DNA from: Vermamoeba vermiformis
Lineage: Eukaryota
DNA: 64,000 nt
Direction: 5' to 3'
Assembly: GCA_045837725.1 (NCBI GenBank)
Contig: JBEWZL010000075.1
Span: 62,001 to 126,000 of the forward strand
Shown here: positions 1 to 16,381 of the stretch, piece by piece
Position numbering within the stretch: the stretch's first letter is position 1
How the letters are laid out: every line of letters starts with the position of its first letter
Translations under genes and position numbers: made by a program
Notes under the pieces: generated by a model
The model's database searches: none
The model's input: the letters and a program-made list of their open reading frames with translations, nothing else
What the model was told of the DNA's origin: nothing

Positions 1-261
1 AAGCTATTATTTAATTCTTTTTGATTGTACTGCTAGCTAATGTTTAATGTAAATAACGTTCATCTCATCACGCGCAATCAATCAAAATCAAATTGACACG
101 TGTGAAAGGGACAAAAATGGTGCGAAAAATTTGGGAAGATCGAGATGCGAAATTGAATTTGACACTCAAAGTTCAGATTTTTGACAGACAAAAATTTCAA
201 ACTACATACAAAATGTCGGTGCACGTGTCTCATTTATTAGATATTTTCGTAACAATTAAGA

Positions 262-2106
262 ATGCGAATAGTGCTGTTAAGTACTGGTAGTCGCGGCGAT
301 GTGCAGCCACTAATAGCACTCGCGCTTGGTTTAATCAAAGCCGGGCACCAAGTGTCAATCTGCGCCTCTCCGAACCACGAAAAGATGGTTGTTAAATACG
401 GAATCGAGTTTCATCCCATCGGAGTGGACACGCAGAAGCTATTAGAACAATTTAAAACAGGCAAGGGCGAGTAAGTAGCCAGCAAAAGTTGCGATATTTA
501 GAACACATTTTAAATAATTTTTATTGTATATAGCGTTGGCAAGTTGCTTCTGGATTATCATATCAAAACGGATCAAGACGCGGTGGAGGTTTGTTTAAAA
601 ATCAAACCCGAGTTTATCATGTTCCATCAAGCGATTACGACGGGCCATTTAATTGCTGAAAAATTGGGCATTCAAGCTATCGAAGTATGTGGTGCATAAT
701 TTGTGCGTCTGATCTTGGCTAACTGGCGATCTGACAGATGTGCTTTGCCTATTGGTACCCTTTTGAAGAATATGCATCATACATGCCTGAAAAACATCCG
801 CATAACAATCCGTATTACGAACATTTATACGCACTTCGTGGGAATTGAAGGTGCAGATCGAAGAAATTTCAAGTCAGACAGCGAAGAGTATCGAAAGCAC
901 CAATCAAATATAGAAATCCCTTTAGTCGGGCAATGGTACGTAAAAAGGCAATATATGGTAAGAAACCTTGGTCCAGGAATACCAATACTTACTCATATCA
1001 GATCCCACTTGCTACTGAGCATCACCACCGAAGCAGTTACTCGGCCTAGTTTATGGAATGAACCGAACATGTACTTTGTAAACAACTGGTTTTTAGACGC
1101 AGAGGATGATAAGGATTGGAAACCAGATCCAGTACGCGATTTTCATTCGTACAAATTACGCGACGTACTAACCTTCAATCAGGCTCTCGAACGGTTCCTG
1201 TCAAACGGTCCTGCACCAATCTATATCGGCTTCGGTAGCATGTTCGCAGAGGACAGCAAACAAGTCTTCGAATCCGTCATGGCCGCAGTCGATCGCACTA
1301 AACAACGTGCTATTGTCTCGTCTGGCTGGTCAAACTTTGTCAACGAGGCACATACCAGCCCTGACCAAGTACATGTAGTCGGAGACGTGCCTCACAGCTG
1401 GCTATTCAAACATTGTGCTGCAATAGTACACCACGGAGGCGCTGGATCTGTTGCAGCTGGTAAACGAGGTTTTCGATGCTACTTAGTTCTCCTTATCAAC
1501 CGATTGTATAGGCCTTCGAGCAGGAAAGCCATCAATTATTGTCCCCCATATCGTGGATCAGCACTTCTGGGGCAAACAAATTGAAGAGATTGGCGTTGGT
1601 CCCTCAGGCATTCCAATTGGAGAATTAACCAGCGATAAACTGGTTGCTGCATTCGAAGTACGTTAGTATACTACTAATAGGTCCTTTATAACGCAGTTCA
1701 AAGGCTATTCGAGATCCAGTAATGCAACAAAAAGCCGCAGAAATGGGAATTAAAGTCCGACAGCATAATGGTGTCCAAGAAACAATAGAAATAATCCAAC
1801 GCATCACTTCAACACCTCGTGATTGGTCCCAGCCTCAATTCCTCAAACAGAAGTTCGCTGCGTTGTATCAAAGTGATGCTAATGACCCTTCAAAGCCGAG
1901 TCCTGCAGGCCTATTATCGAATGGCGCAAGAATTCCACGAACAAAAGCTTGACAAGCACGTGATTGCGTGGGCTTATTATGCGCTTGAACAACAATCGAG
2001 TCTGACTGAAGAATTCAAAGCGTTAATTTGCTCCGTGTTAGGCGTCAGCAACACCATGAGCGAGGAGGAAATCAAAAACAAACTGCACTCTATGATATTT
2101 GCGTAA
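262..2106 (+). CDS. GT-B glycosyltransferase, sterol 3-beta-glucosyltransferase (UGT80/UGT51)-like, multi-exon
   Basis: N-terminal GSRGDVQPLIALALGL motif; PIYIGFGSM; DVPHSWLF..CAAIVHHGGAG; P..VDQHFWG after splicing. A 43-nt GT-AG intron at 1853-1895 joins the frame to ORF 1819..2106 (RVLQAYY...MIFA*). Confidence 0.9.
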
Positions 2107-2403
2107 GTTCGGCGTTCAATAAACAAATTGTCAGCATTACATGCAAGAGTTTTTGTTCCTTGCTCGCATCCACAGCAAAATACAGTAAGGGAGATTAAAT
2201 ATGACTTTACCTCGGAGCATATCGTCCGCAGTTATAAATAGTCCGGTTACGAGACTGAATTCACAAAAGAGGCGTTCCTTTCGGACCAGCGCCTTCGTAA
2301 CAATTTTTGAGTGCTGATCGGAGAGTTTAAAAGAAACACTACGTCCCTTAGTTCACGTAAAATACTATAATATTCAACTGGTCTAACAAGTAGCACCACA
2401 AAC

Positions 2404-4423
2404 ATGCTCTATTTAATTGGTTTGGCTCTTTCACCGATCTTACTCGTCGTTGCTTGGGTAGCTTTACGCCTTGCTTATCGCGTCTCTATATACTGGATAA
2501 CATACCCTCGATATTCACACATTCCTAAGCTCAGCAAAGCTTTCAGTTTGTTTGTAAGTTAACGGCGGCGAATCTAAAAAATTAATCAGTAATTATAATG
2601 ATTATAAATAAGGATTTAATGTCGCTTGATGGTGGATTTTCTAATTGGCTTGACTATACTTACGATTCAAAAACTGGCAACGTGCCCAAAGTCTCAGATC
2701 ACGGATTTAGCATGACTCTTGACGGAAGGTAATAACTTGAACGCCATAAAAATATGTAATATTTTTGCTAATATTCATTAGTCATTACTTGATGTTCAAT
2801 ACTGCTGAAGCTGCTAAGCAGATCTTGACGGATACACAACTTTTTCCGAAGTTGCCAATGACGTACGCCTTAATTGAGCCCTTATTAGGCAAAGGTCTAG
2901 TTACGAGTGAAGGCAAAGTATGGAAGGACCATCGCAGACTATTGACGCCTCTCTTCCACTTCAACAATTTGAAAAACAACGTTGTGGTCATAAACGACTT
3001 TATTCGCAAGGATCTGGACAAAATTCAAAGAGAAATTCGTACCAGCAAGAACGGAGGTAATTATATAACTCCTTAGTTACTTCATTAAACAACTTGTGCG
3101 ATAGATCTAACTTCCAATTTTTGTAGTACACGAACTCGATACAGAAAAATTCTTCAAGCACTTGACTATGAGCGTTATTATAGCCGTTGCATTTGGCGGT
3201 GAATTCAACGTTGATTGGATGGCGCAGAAGTGGTCAGAGCTCCTTCTTGAGCTCAACAAGGTGTTCGTACAGGACATGCTCCTCGGTCCTATTTACAAAT
3301 ACCTGCCATTGGGCACTGGAAAATTTTGGAAGCTGCGTGAAGAGGTCCTTGATGAAATTAAGAAGACTATTGCTCATCGTAGGGGTAAGTATTTGGATCC
3401 GATCCAACTTTTCCTTGAGGAAATTTGATCGTTATTGTTAATTCATCTGAAATTCTCTTAACTCACCTATGTTAATGCAGCCCATCCGGTTGACGACGAT
3501 AAAGTCGTGGATCTAATGTCAGCCATGATGCGGATCAAAGACGAAGAAACCGCGCTAAGTGACCAAGACATTATCGACCAATCACTGACCTTCCTGTTTG
3601 CTGGACATGATACTACTGGTACGAATATATTCGCCTTTTATTAAAACACGAGTACTAACTTTAATTAATTTCGAATCGAACAGCCAGCACTTTGAGTTGG
3701 TAAGTAGCGCTTAAAACGTGTTGAAAACTTTGCAAATATTTACCAGATTTCCTAATTAGGGTACTGTACTTCTTGGCCAAGTATCCAGAAGAGTTCAAAA
3801 AAGCGCGCGCTGAAGTGGATCGTGTTCTCGGACCTAGATCCGCTGACGAACAAATCTCGATTAGTGCAGATAAGATTCATGAATTAGAATACTGCAAGGC
3901 CATTTGTTTTGAAACAATGCGCCTCCGAACACCCGTCGTGGGCGTCGATCGATATCCGACACGTGACACTGAAATTGATGGCGTCAAAGTGAAGGCTGGA
4001 CAAAACACCGCTATTGGTAAGAGAAACTATTTCCTTAAAAGGAAATTAAACAATATTGTCGACTTTTTCAGAAACGAATGTGGACTGTCATTAACTATTA
4101 TTTCCTTTTTAGGCATTGGTTTCTTTAACATTCACCGCAATCCTTTGTACTGGCCGCAACCGGAGAAATTTATTCCCGAACGATTTGTGACGGGCAGTGC
4201 TCATCACGACCCCAAGCGCCATCCATTCGCATTTGTGCCGTTCAGTGCTGGTGAACGCAACTGCCTTGGCATGAAATTGGCGCAAAATGAAGCGTTCTTG
4301 GCCATCGCTCACATTGTGCGCAGATTTGACTTTTCAGTGAACGACGCCAACATGATTCACGCGTCAGCACCGCTCTATGTGCCGAAGAACTTGGTGTGGC
4401 AAGTCAGAGAACGACAAGATTGA
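2404..4423 (+). CDS. Cytochrome P450 (CYP4-clan-like), multi-exon
   Basis: N-terminal hydrophobic anchor; GLVTSEGKVWKDHRRLLTPLFHF; I-helix FLFAGHDTT; ETMR (ExxR); PERF; heme motif FSAGERNCLG; includes a 16-nt micro-exon at 3684-3699. Confidence 0.95.
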
Positions 4424-4724
4424 AAGACTCCAAGAATTAATGTATTCGCCTTGTAAATAGTATTTAAATGTTCATTAGCATGATAGTCTCGTTAAGAGTT
4501 TCAATTGGATTGTAATTGTTACCGAAGTACTCATGTGTTAAAATTGAGGTGTTTCTGCTAAAAGCATCACAGAGAGGTGAGAACTTAAAAGAGTTGTCCT
4601 GGCACTCTTTTTCACTATCAGATTGCACTGCACCCAACATTTTGCAAAATAATTTACTCGATGTTGAATTATACACGTATTTACATTTGGTTTGCATTGC
4701 TAATGTTCTGCATTGTCTTGGATC

Positions 4725-7700
4725 TTAAGCGACGTTGTTTTCAATGCGCTCGACTTCTTGTGACGCACGCACTGGCTCTTGCTGGGACCGAGCCAAAGCT
4801 TGTTGCAACATTGAAGAGCGCTCGCTTTCACTGAAGCTCTCGCGGATCTTGCGAACTTCTTTGCTGAGAGAGCGGATCAACTCGCGCTTGGAAGAGGTGC
4901 TCAAGTCTTCATCCTTCTTCTCTTTCTTCTTCTTGTGCTTCTTTTCCTTCTTGTCCTTTTTCTTCTTGACACGCTTTTCAGCATCCTTGAACTCTTCAGG
5001 CTCGTCAATCAACAGACCAGCGTCAGCAATCAATGAAGCGAAGTAGCCCTTCTTCTTCAACAGGTCGTGTTTGCTGCCAAATTCGACGACTGAGCCTTGG
5101 TCCATCACCAAAATACGGTCCGAATCGATGATGGTGTCGAGACGATGAGCAATAGTGATCACAGTGCGGTCACCAAACACGTTGCGAATAGTGTTCTGAA
5201 TGAGCGCGTCTGTTTCAAGGTCCATAGCTGAAGTGGCTTCGTCGAGCACGAGGATCTTAGCGTCCTTCAAAATAGCACGAGCCAAACAGAACAATTGCTT
5301 TTGACCGAGCGAGAAGTTGCTGCCTCCAGCATCGATGGGAGTGTCCAACTTGCCCTCGAACTTGTTGACATTGTCCTTCAAGTGAGAGAGCTCCAAAGCA
5401 CGCCACAACAAGTCGTCAGAGTACTCGCCGAAGGGGTCGAGGTTCGTACGAATGGTGCCCTTGAAGAGGACTGGCTCTTGAGGAATGATCGAGAGTCTCT
5501 TTCTGAAGGCCTCAAGACCAAGCTTGCTAATGTCAATGCCGTCGATGATCACTGAACCAGAGCTCAGCTGCACCAAGCGGAACAAAGCCATCAACAAACT
5601 GCTCTTGCCTGAGCCAGTACGACCGACAACACCGATCTTCTCTTGAGGTCGAATCTCGATGGTGACGCCCTTGAGGACCGGCTCTTGGTCGTCACGGTAC
5701 TTCATCACAACTTCGTTGTATTGAATGTTACCCTCAGAAGGCCATTGAGGAGGCACTTCCAATTCGGGCTCGTCACGCTCAGGCTTGATTGTCTTGGTGT
5801 AGTTGACAATGCGCTGAATGGAAGTGACGTGCGACAAGGCATCAGAAGTACCACGAACGAAGAGGGTGAAGAAGACCAACTTCTGGATGGAGTTTGAAAT
5901 AGCCAAACCAGTGGCACTGCCGGCAATGTCAAAGCGCAGACCAACACAGAATAGAGCAGTGGCGACGACAAGCAATGAACCAATGACGTCCAATCGGAAG
6001 GCCAACCACATTTGAAGGTGCTCCAAGTTGTACAGAGCTCTGTGGTTTCTGTCGACACGGTGTTGGGTCTCGAGGATCATGCGCTCTTGAGCTCGGTAGG
6101 CACGAACGATGGAGATACCTTGAATGGTCTCAGACAAGTGGGCGAAGATGGGCGAGTTGGTGGAAGCAGCAATAGTCTTCAACTTCTTCGAGCACTTGAT
6201 GAAGTACCACTGCAAGGCAATCAAAGAGCCGAGCAAAGCAGCGGCAACAATCGTGTAGTAGGGCAACACGACGCAAACCAAAATCATAGTGGTAAGCAAA
6301 ATCATCAAATAAATGATAGTGATGTGCACAATGTCCGGCAAAGTCTCGTCGATAGCGTCTTGATCCTTGGAGAAGGAGTTGAGCAAGTTACCGACAGGAG
6401 TTTGAGTGAAGAAGACAATAGGGGCCTTCAACACACGCTCGAACAATTTGTTGTGCATCTTAGTGGCTGCCTTCAAGACGAACTTGTAGAAGACGACACC
6501 ACGAATAATAAGCAATATGCCGAAGAACGCCACCATGGCAGCGTAGACAACGTTGTAAAACCATTGAGGCTGAACGAATCGATCATCTGTCCAAGCTGAG
6601 ATGAACCAATCGGAAATGATACGGGCAACTTGAGTGACGGCGAAGATGATCATGGAGAACACAAAAGTAGTGCGACCACCTTGCTTGACATACTCCTTGA
6701 TGGCAGCACCTTCACTCACGGCCATGTTTTCAGCGACGGTGAAGTCTTCAGCAACATCGTGAGACAGGTCACTGGCAGCCTTCTTGTTATCCTTCTTTTC
6801 GGGTGTTTCTTCATAGTCACGCCACACAGTGAAGTGTTTAGCCATAACTTCAGAATCGTAGCCACCAAAATAGACCAATTTGCCCTTCTCCATAATGCCG
6901 ACGAGGTCGCAGCTGTGCAAGATTTGAAGTTGATGGGTGACCAAGACAACTGTCTTGCCTTGCAAGTACTCCTTCAAGCAGTATTGGAAGATGTGGTTGG
7001 AGGTGTTTTGATCGACAGCGCTCAAAGGACTGTCGAGCAACAAAATGTCGGCGTCACTGTAGACAGCACGGGCCAAAGCAATGCGTTGTTGTTGACCACC
7101 AGACAAGTTGATACCACGCTCACCGATTTGAGTCATGTCACCATGTTCCAAAATTTGGAAGTCACGCTCGAGAGCGCATGCGAAAACAACGCGCTTGTAC
7201 TTCTCGGCTTCGTAGGGCTTGCCAAAAAGAATGTTGTCGCGCACAGTGCCCATCTGAATGAAGGGCTGTTGCAACAAGTAGCCGACGCGACCGCCAACCT
7301 TGATGGTGCCTTCTTTGCATCGAGCCTCACCAAGAATAGCGCTGAGGAGGGTACTTTTGCCAGAGCCGACAGGACCAACGAGGGCCATCAACTTGCCGTT
7401 CATTTGCATTGAGATGTCGCTGATGATTGGTTCACCATCACCGTAGCCAAAGCTGGCCTTCTCGACAACAATTTCTCCAGGTTGGTCAGCAGCAGGTACC
7501 GGTTGGACCTCAGGGCGCAACAAGAATTTTTGAATGCGCTTGGTGGCAGTGATAGCTTCGGCGAAGGAACGGATGGACTTGGGCAACACGACCAAGGGGA
7601 AACGGAGCGTGTTGAACAAAGAGAGTGTTGTAAAGGCCACGGCAGAAGTGAGTGTACCACCTTCGACGATTGTGTAGAGGGTGAAGATACCGAGAGCCAT

Positions 7701-9207
7701 AAGAGGAGGGATCCAGAAGACAAGCATCAAGTTGACAGTCTTGTACCAACCGTTCTGGCCCAACATCTTCAACTCCTGCTTTCTAATTCTTGCAATTGCC
7801 TCGGCAAAACTATTATCGTAACACGTTAATATATGATTAAAGTTGGGGTTGTAAATAATTACCTTCGTTCCCAACCGTAAAACTTCACTAACTTAATGGC
7901 CAAGAGAATTTCTTGCATGATGTGAATGCGGGAGTCTGTAACGTGAATAGACTTGCTACGGAGACGAGTCACGGCACGACCAATGATCAACTGCATGCCC
8001 AGCACGAACAAAGTCAAGCCTACAATCACGATTAAATTCCGGATCTTTTCATCCTGTTAGACCTAGTCACTTACCTAAGCCAATCAACGCGGAGTATCCC
8101 GTCAAGATAATCAGCAATACCACAATAGCGAGAGCTTAATAAAAATGTTTAGTGAACCCGATCGGAAAATTTAAACTGTATTAAATCAAATCCTACCTTC
8201 AAGAGGGGCAGACCATAGGTAGTGGATATCTACCGCCGCTTCCAAAAGTCTAGTGCAATCGGTTGCAACCAAGCTCACCACATCTCCGGCATCTGGAGCT
8301 ATATTTTCAGCTTTCATCGCCTTGCGGTAAATTGCCGTAGATAAAGCCGCTCTTATTCTAATTCCCAATCTGCAATAAAATAAATATTTAATAAATATCC
8401 ATCTCGAATTTCAGACTTGCTGTCGGAACGCGTGGCCAGATGTGCCGTAAAAGTCACTAAAAACTCCATTATATGTATCTATTCTAATTACCTCGTAGCA
8501 AAGGATGTCATTTGCTGCAAGAAGACACTGAACAAGAAACAAGCGACGAAGAAGGCGCAGGCAAGGGTCCACCCTTCGTAAGCAGGCGCATCTTCGCCAC
8601 GGTTGGCTCGTTGCACAAATGATACAAGCGAGCGGACCAAGTAAAAGCTGGAGAATAATACAAATACACTCCAGCAGAACTTGAATACAGCTGCAATCAT
8701 GAACTGACCAACCCAAGTTCGCCTGATGGCCCTGTACAGCGATCTAAAATAAAGATTAGAAAGGGTTTCTTGTGTTGCAAAAGGATAGAACCATGTGCTT
8801 GGTTATTTTTTCGAGTGTTATAGAGGGAAATTAAATTTTAAATTAACGAATTAACCAATCTAGGTTAATTAATCTAGAGATCAGTTCCCTCACTAAGATC
8901 CGCGAAATACTTACGGGTGCTTTTCTTTAGTCAACTCTTTGTTCCAATTTTTGACGAATTGCTCGTAACAGAAATTCGACTCTTCGCTTTCAGCCAGCAT
9001 CAGATCATCTTCGGTCAGCTTTCCCGCTTTTCCCTTAGAGGCCACGGGTTGCATCCAATGGAAGGCCATGCGTGACAAGAAGTTGGCTTTTTGGTAAGGG
9101 GTCTTCTGCCTTTCAGACTTACTTGCGGATTTGTCGTCATGTTCCATTTTCTTCATTTCCCCAGATTCAACCTTATGGCTGTCATCTTTACCATTAACCT
9201 CGGCCAT
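4725..9207 (-). CDS. ABC transporter, subfamily C (MRP-like, short form without TMD0)
   Basis: TMD-NBD-TMD-NBD layout; Walker A GPVGSGKS and GRTGSGKS; signatures LSGGQQQR and FSLGQKQL; N-terminal lasso-like ANFLSRMAFHWMQP; 5' exons in ORFs 8911-9207, 8488-8700, 8186-8368. Confidence 0.95.
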
Positions 9208-9325
9208 CGAATGGTCGAGTGCACTTGAGCTGTGTGATGTTTATTGCAACTTGAAAACATAAAAGAACAGCCACGCGACAGAAAAAAATAACGGAAGCTA
9301 AGTTCCATAAAAGGAGAAAAACAAT

Positions 9326-9333
9326 CTTTTATA
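9326..9333 (-). promoter_or_regulatory. Putative TATA box (TATAAAAG) of the ABCC gene
   Basis: Minus-strand TATAAAAG about 120 bp upstream of the ATG at 9207. Confidence 0.35.
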
Positions 9334-9486
9334 AATTTTATTGCCCGTGGCGAAGAGATTTCACGGCGAGCGCTTGAATAGATCCCAGTGGCATGTCCAC
9401 GTGCTCGTCGGTTCGTCGCTAACTAACGAAATTCTAAATTTATTAACTCGATCTGTACAATTCACAATTTGGATCCGCGCGCAATA

Positions 9487-11759
9487 TTACTTGTTCGCAG
9501 TCAGCTGTTGCTCAATCTTAGAGCCATAATCAACATACTCGGGGTTTTGACTCGCCTTGTATTCTTCAACGAGGTTTTGCACGACGGACCTAAATGAAGG
9601 AAACAATTAATTGCCCGTGACACAAATTGTTGGAAATGTCCATCGCCTCTTACCGCGCGTCATCGAACTCGTCCAAGTTTTCAGCGAACATTGCACCTTG
9701 TGTTCGATAGTTCTCGATAAAAGCACCCACTTTTCGAAGCTTATCAAATTGCTGAATGCTGCGGACCATGAGCTGAGAAAAAAAAGTGTCGGAATCTAAC
9801 AAGATATTTTTCTTGGCTTAATCATAATCTTACGGCACGAATTGACGTGTGATTGGCCATCATTAAGCCAGAAACGCGATGAGACGATTGTACATAAGGC
9901 GATTTTCGTGACAGTACCACCTACAAATGGATAAAACGTTAACGCGGAGCAATTCAATTGCCGTTATTTTGCATCGCTAAAACGCACCTGAATACCAGCA
10001 GGACCCCACGGAATGAAGTTAGCGAGCTTCTTCTGTCTGATACGTTGCAAACTTTTGTGCACCTAGATCGAGCGGATGTCAGTTGTGATCCGGACTAGTT
10101 TCCAATTTATTGACAGAGATTTACGATTAAGCGTATGTACGTACCTGTGTAGGGTCTACTTCTCCTTGAATGATGTTAAGAATTGAAATGTAGTTGCCCA
10201 CGTTCGTAGGACAAGAGACCATCAAATTCTTCTGCTGCAGAAGTCGTGTCATCACATCCAACACACTCGTCTTTTTGACATTTTGAACCTAGATAGATTG
10301 TGTGAACTCCTAGTCCACATTTAATTTTATCATTAAACCTACTTGTTTGTTAATAGCCAGTGGTGTGTAGCCAGTCATCAAGAAGTGCAAGCGAGGGGTT
10401 GGGATCAACGAGGCCATCAAGCCCACGAGATCATTGTTCATGTAACCTGTGAACAGTGCTCAATCAGCCGATGTATCACACTAGTTTAAGGTGCAGAAAT
10501 CTCTTACCAGGATATCTAAGAGTGGATGTCGACGCAGCCATCACAGTCGAAACCAATGAGTTGATCTCCGAGAACGAAGGATTGCTAATGTGCAACGAGC
10601 TCTCAGCAATGCGATTGAGCGCGGTGTTGTCCAATACAAACTACATCAAGTACGTTAAAACGTGCGTAAATTCAATGGAGTGCAAGATCTGAGGCACTTA
10701 CGACGCAATCAGCATTCAAAATCAACCGTTTGAGTGTCAAGATCGAGTTGTACGGCTGCACAACGACGTCTGAAGATTCTTGTTGATTGGGGAACACTGA
10801 ATAGGTCTGGATCAACTTCTTGGGATAACGATCATTCAATCGCTCCAACAAGTTCGAGCCCATGCCTGAACCAGTACCACCAGCAATAGAGTGGATCATA
10901 ACAAATCCCTATATTCAGATTGAATTAATTTAACTGCTCAGATCTCGCTCAAACGATTGAAATTTACGCACCTCCAAACTGTCACTATTATCTGCTTCTC
11001 GATCAATCATTTCAAAAATTTCATCCGCATGCTTTTCTCCTTGATAGTAGCCTTTATAAAAAGCAGTTAAAATACAAATAGAATGGTTACAATTTAGATC
11101 TGCACGCACCAGATGCCCAGTTGTTACCAGCACCGCTTCCGTCATTTGATAAGAAGATATTTTCAGGGTTATATAAACTAGAATATGATCCTTGTTTAAT
11201 AGCACCGATAACCTGCGTCAAGTAAGTCAGAATAGGCCAAACAACGTCTCAATCCAAAGATCTGGCTTACCTTGGGTTCTAAATCGATCAAACATGCGCG
11301 TGGAATATAGTGCTCGTCATCGGCCTTAATTACAATATTATTGGATGTACAGGCTACGTAATAACAACAAAATATCTTACTTGATAAAAGAAGACGTCTT
11401 TACGATCTCCAGCATTTTCTGTAGCAAAGCTCTCTAATGTTCCGTTGTTGCTAATACCATGTTCGGCACAAATTCTCTGCCAAAATTCGTAGCCAACTAT
11501 GGTTGCAGAAAAAAAAGACAGATTAAAAATCGTGCAAAATCCCAATAGCGTCTATTATTAACCAAAAAATAGTATATTTAGGAAATAATAAAAATAAACC
11601 ATATTATTCGGTTGTAGATTTTTTCTGGCGTTATCTAACTTTGATCAGGTAAGTGGCGCCAAAATTCTAATTTTATTTTAAATTGAATGACCTCATTTAC
11701 GAGCACTTACTTTGGTTTCCACACTGACCAACCTGGAGGGTGATAATCTCACGTGGCAT
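9487..11759 (-). CDS. TUBG1: Gamma-tubulin
   Basis: [16 protein letters not shown] start; [51 protein letters not shown]. These motifs are diagnostic of gamma-tubulin. Many short introns. Confidence 0.97.
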
Positions 11760-11904
11760 GTTTGATCAGAATTTACTGAACGTCGTTGTGTTTGATCAGG
11801 CGGATCGGGTTAAAAAAAGATGATTTTCGCTGTTCAAGCACACTAACAAGCTTTACAAAACTTTTTACATCGAAGTTTAATTGGTAGTGTTGCAATACAA
11901 GAGT

Positions 11905-14491
<2,587 letters not shown>

Positions 14492-14675
14492 TCGTTTAAT
14501 AAATATTAATAAAGGAAACAAAAGTTGGTTTGTGGTTGAAAAGGCAAAGAATTCGCAATTTTTTCAGCAGCAATCTCGCCCAACGGCAAGCCCAAAATTT
14601 ACTGTTACAAAAACAAACACAAAATTACAATGGCACCATTCGCGATGGCGCCGCAAAACTAATCACAGTACAAAC

Positions 14676-16381
14676 TTAAGAGACGTTTGCGGGAGTGACT
14701 GTAGTTTTGACGGTGGACTTTGGAACCCACACGGGAGCTTTCTTGGCCTTGGGTGCATTTCTGGACTTGAGAGCTGTGTTAGATTTGGAGCGAACACGTT
14801 CTGTCGAGAGGGGCTGCGTGTTTTCAGTAGTCTCTGAGGCAGCAGCAGGAGCGGCTTCAACAGGCGCTTGCTCGGGTTTTGGGGCTTCGTGGATCTTAAT
14901 CACTTCGACGAACTTCTGTTCAGCGTGCACGACAGGCTGTTCGATGTGATTTTCAGTGTTCTCTTTGTCCTCTACCGCTTGTGGAGCTTGGCTGAACAAC
15001 CGTTGACGGATCTGTTGTTGCAAAAGTTGAGGCTCAAGATCATAATAGACTTGACCACGAGCATCAACATATGCGCCGTGCTGAGCTTGCACGGGGTAGT
15101 ATTCAGCGGGTGGGTAGTAATAGTAGGGCATTGGTTGTGGCACGAAGGGGTAGTAGTAGCCGGGAGGCATGTATGCGTAGCTCGCAGGAGGCATGTACAC
15201 GGGGTGCAAGGGGTGCATTGGCACCGATTGCTCTACGTATTGGCTGGGAGATACGGGGGTAACAAAGACAGGGCTGAGTTGTTGCTCAGAGCTGGGCGAT
15301 TGAGGAGCAGTTCGTTCATCAGGAGCTTGTCGAACATCGGCCTGTCCACCGTGAAGGGCTTCAAGTTGACTAGTCTTGGTTTCTGCTACGGAGGCGGTCT
15401 TGGGAACATCCGCGTCAACAGGCTTTTGTTGCTTGGGCACAAACTTGACAGGTTTGTCATTGCCGCGTTGACTGCGGGGTTGAGGACGGGCTTTGGGATC
15501 CGCCTTGTCGCGTGACGAACGACGAGTGTGAGCAGCGGAGGACGGAGAAGTGTCGCGGGCTGGCTGAGTGGTGTTGAGGGTCTCTTTGGTGGGCTTGGCA
15601 GGTTTGGAGCTGTCAGAAGCTTTACGTTTCTGTTGATCAACTACTTTGGCTGCCGGTTGTTGCTCAGTCTTGACCTGAGTTTGGGCATTATTGACAACGG
15701 ATTGCTGGCTTCCTTTTTGAGAGCGTCTTCTTCTCGATCGGGTCTGGATGAATCCACGTTAGCAAAGGGACATCGATAAAATGTTCCGGTTTGTTAGTAA
15801 ACATACTCTCTTAGGACGAGAAGAATTATCTACAGCATCATTACCTAAAAAAGAAAAGCCGTAAGTTAACACAGCAAGTTGGCGCCATTTTGGTGGATTT
15901 AGAATAGAGAATAGTTTCAGAATTTTCGGTATTATGGAAAAGTGTTATTTATTGTATATTTGTATCATTATAGTTATTTAAATGCTAATTTGACAACTTA
16001 CTGTTTTTTGAAAGCTGAGAATTCTTCGATGCGTTGCCTTTCTGTTGCCAAATTAATTTAGTATTAATTTATGCAGATGATGTGTATATTGCGCAGTTAT
16101 AAATGACCATTTTCAATTTCGCAAATTGAAAAGAAATTTTGGATTCAATTTTCTTTGATGCGTTGACGATTAAATAGCCTATGTAAGTGACTGTCGAGCC
16201 TTATATTGAACGATATTGTTTACCGCTGTATTATGCACGACATAGAAGCAATACTTACGTTGTTAGCAGGCGCGGAGTCTTCATCCTCGCTATCTAGGCT
16301 TCTGCGCAGTTGGAGGGGATCTTCAGAGTCGGAGCTTTGGGAGAGGGCTTCTTTACGTTGGTACTGTACTTTTTTAGACAT
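14676..16381 (-). CDS. Hypothetical low-complexity protein with a Pro/Tyr-rich core
   Basis: Long last exon open from about 15743 to the stop at 14676 (YMPPASYAYMPPGYYYPF...); first exon MSKKVQYQRKEALSQSSDSED followed by a GTAAG donor; internal small exons uncertain. Confidence 0.7.

Noticed and set aside
1722-2106. Apparent frameshift or overlapping ORFs at the end of the glycosyltransferase
   Set aside because: Resolved by a 43-nt GT-AG intron (1853-1895) with a GCTAAT branch site.
5295-7829. Long plus-strand ORFs opposite the ABCC gene (e.g. 6012-6599, 6630-7412)
   Set aside because: Antisense shadows produced by the codon bias of the real minus-strand gene; no domain motifs.
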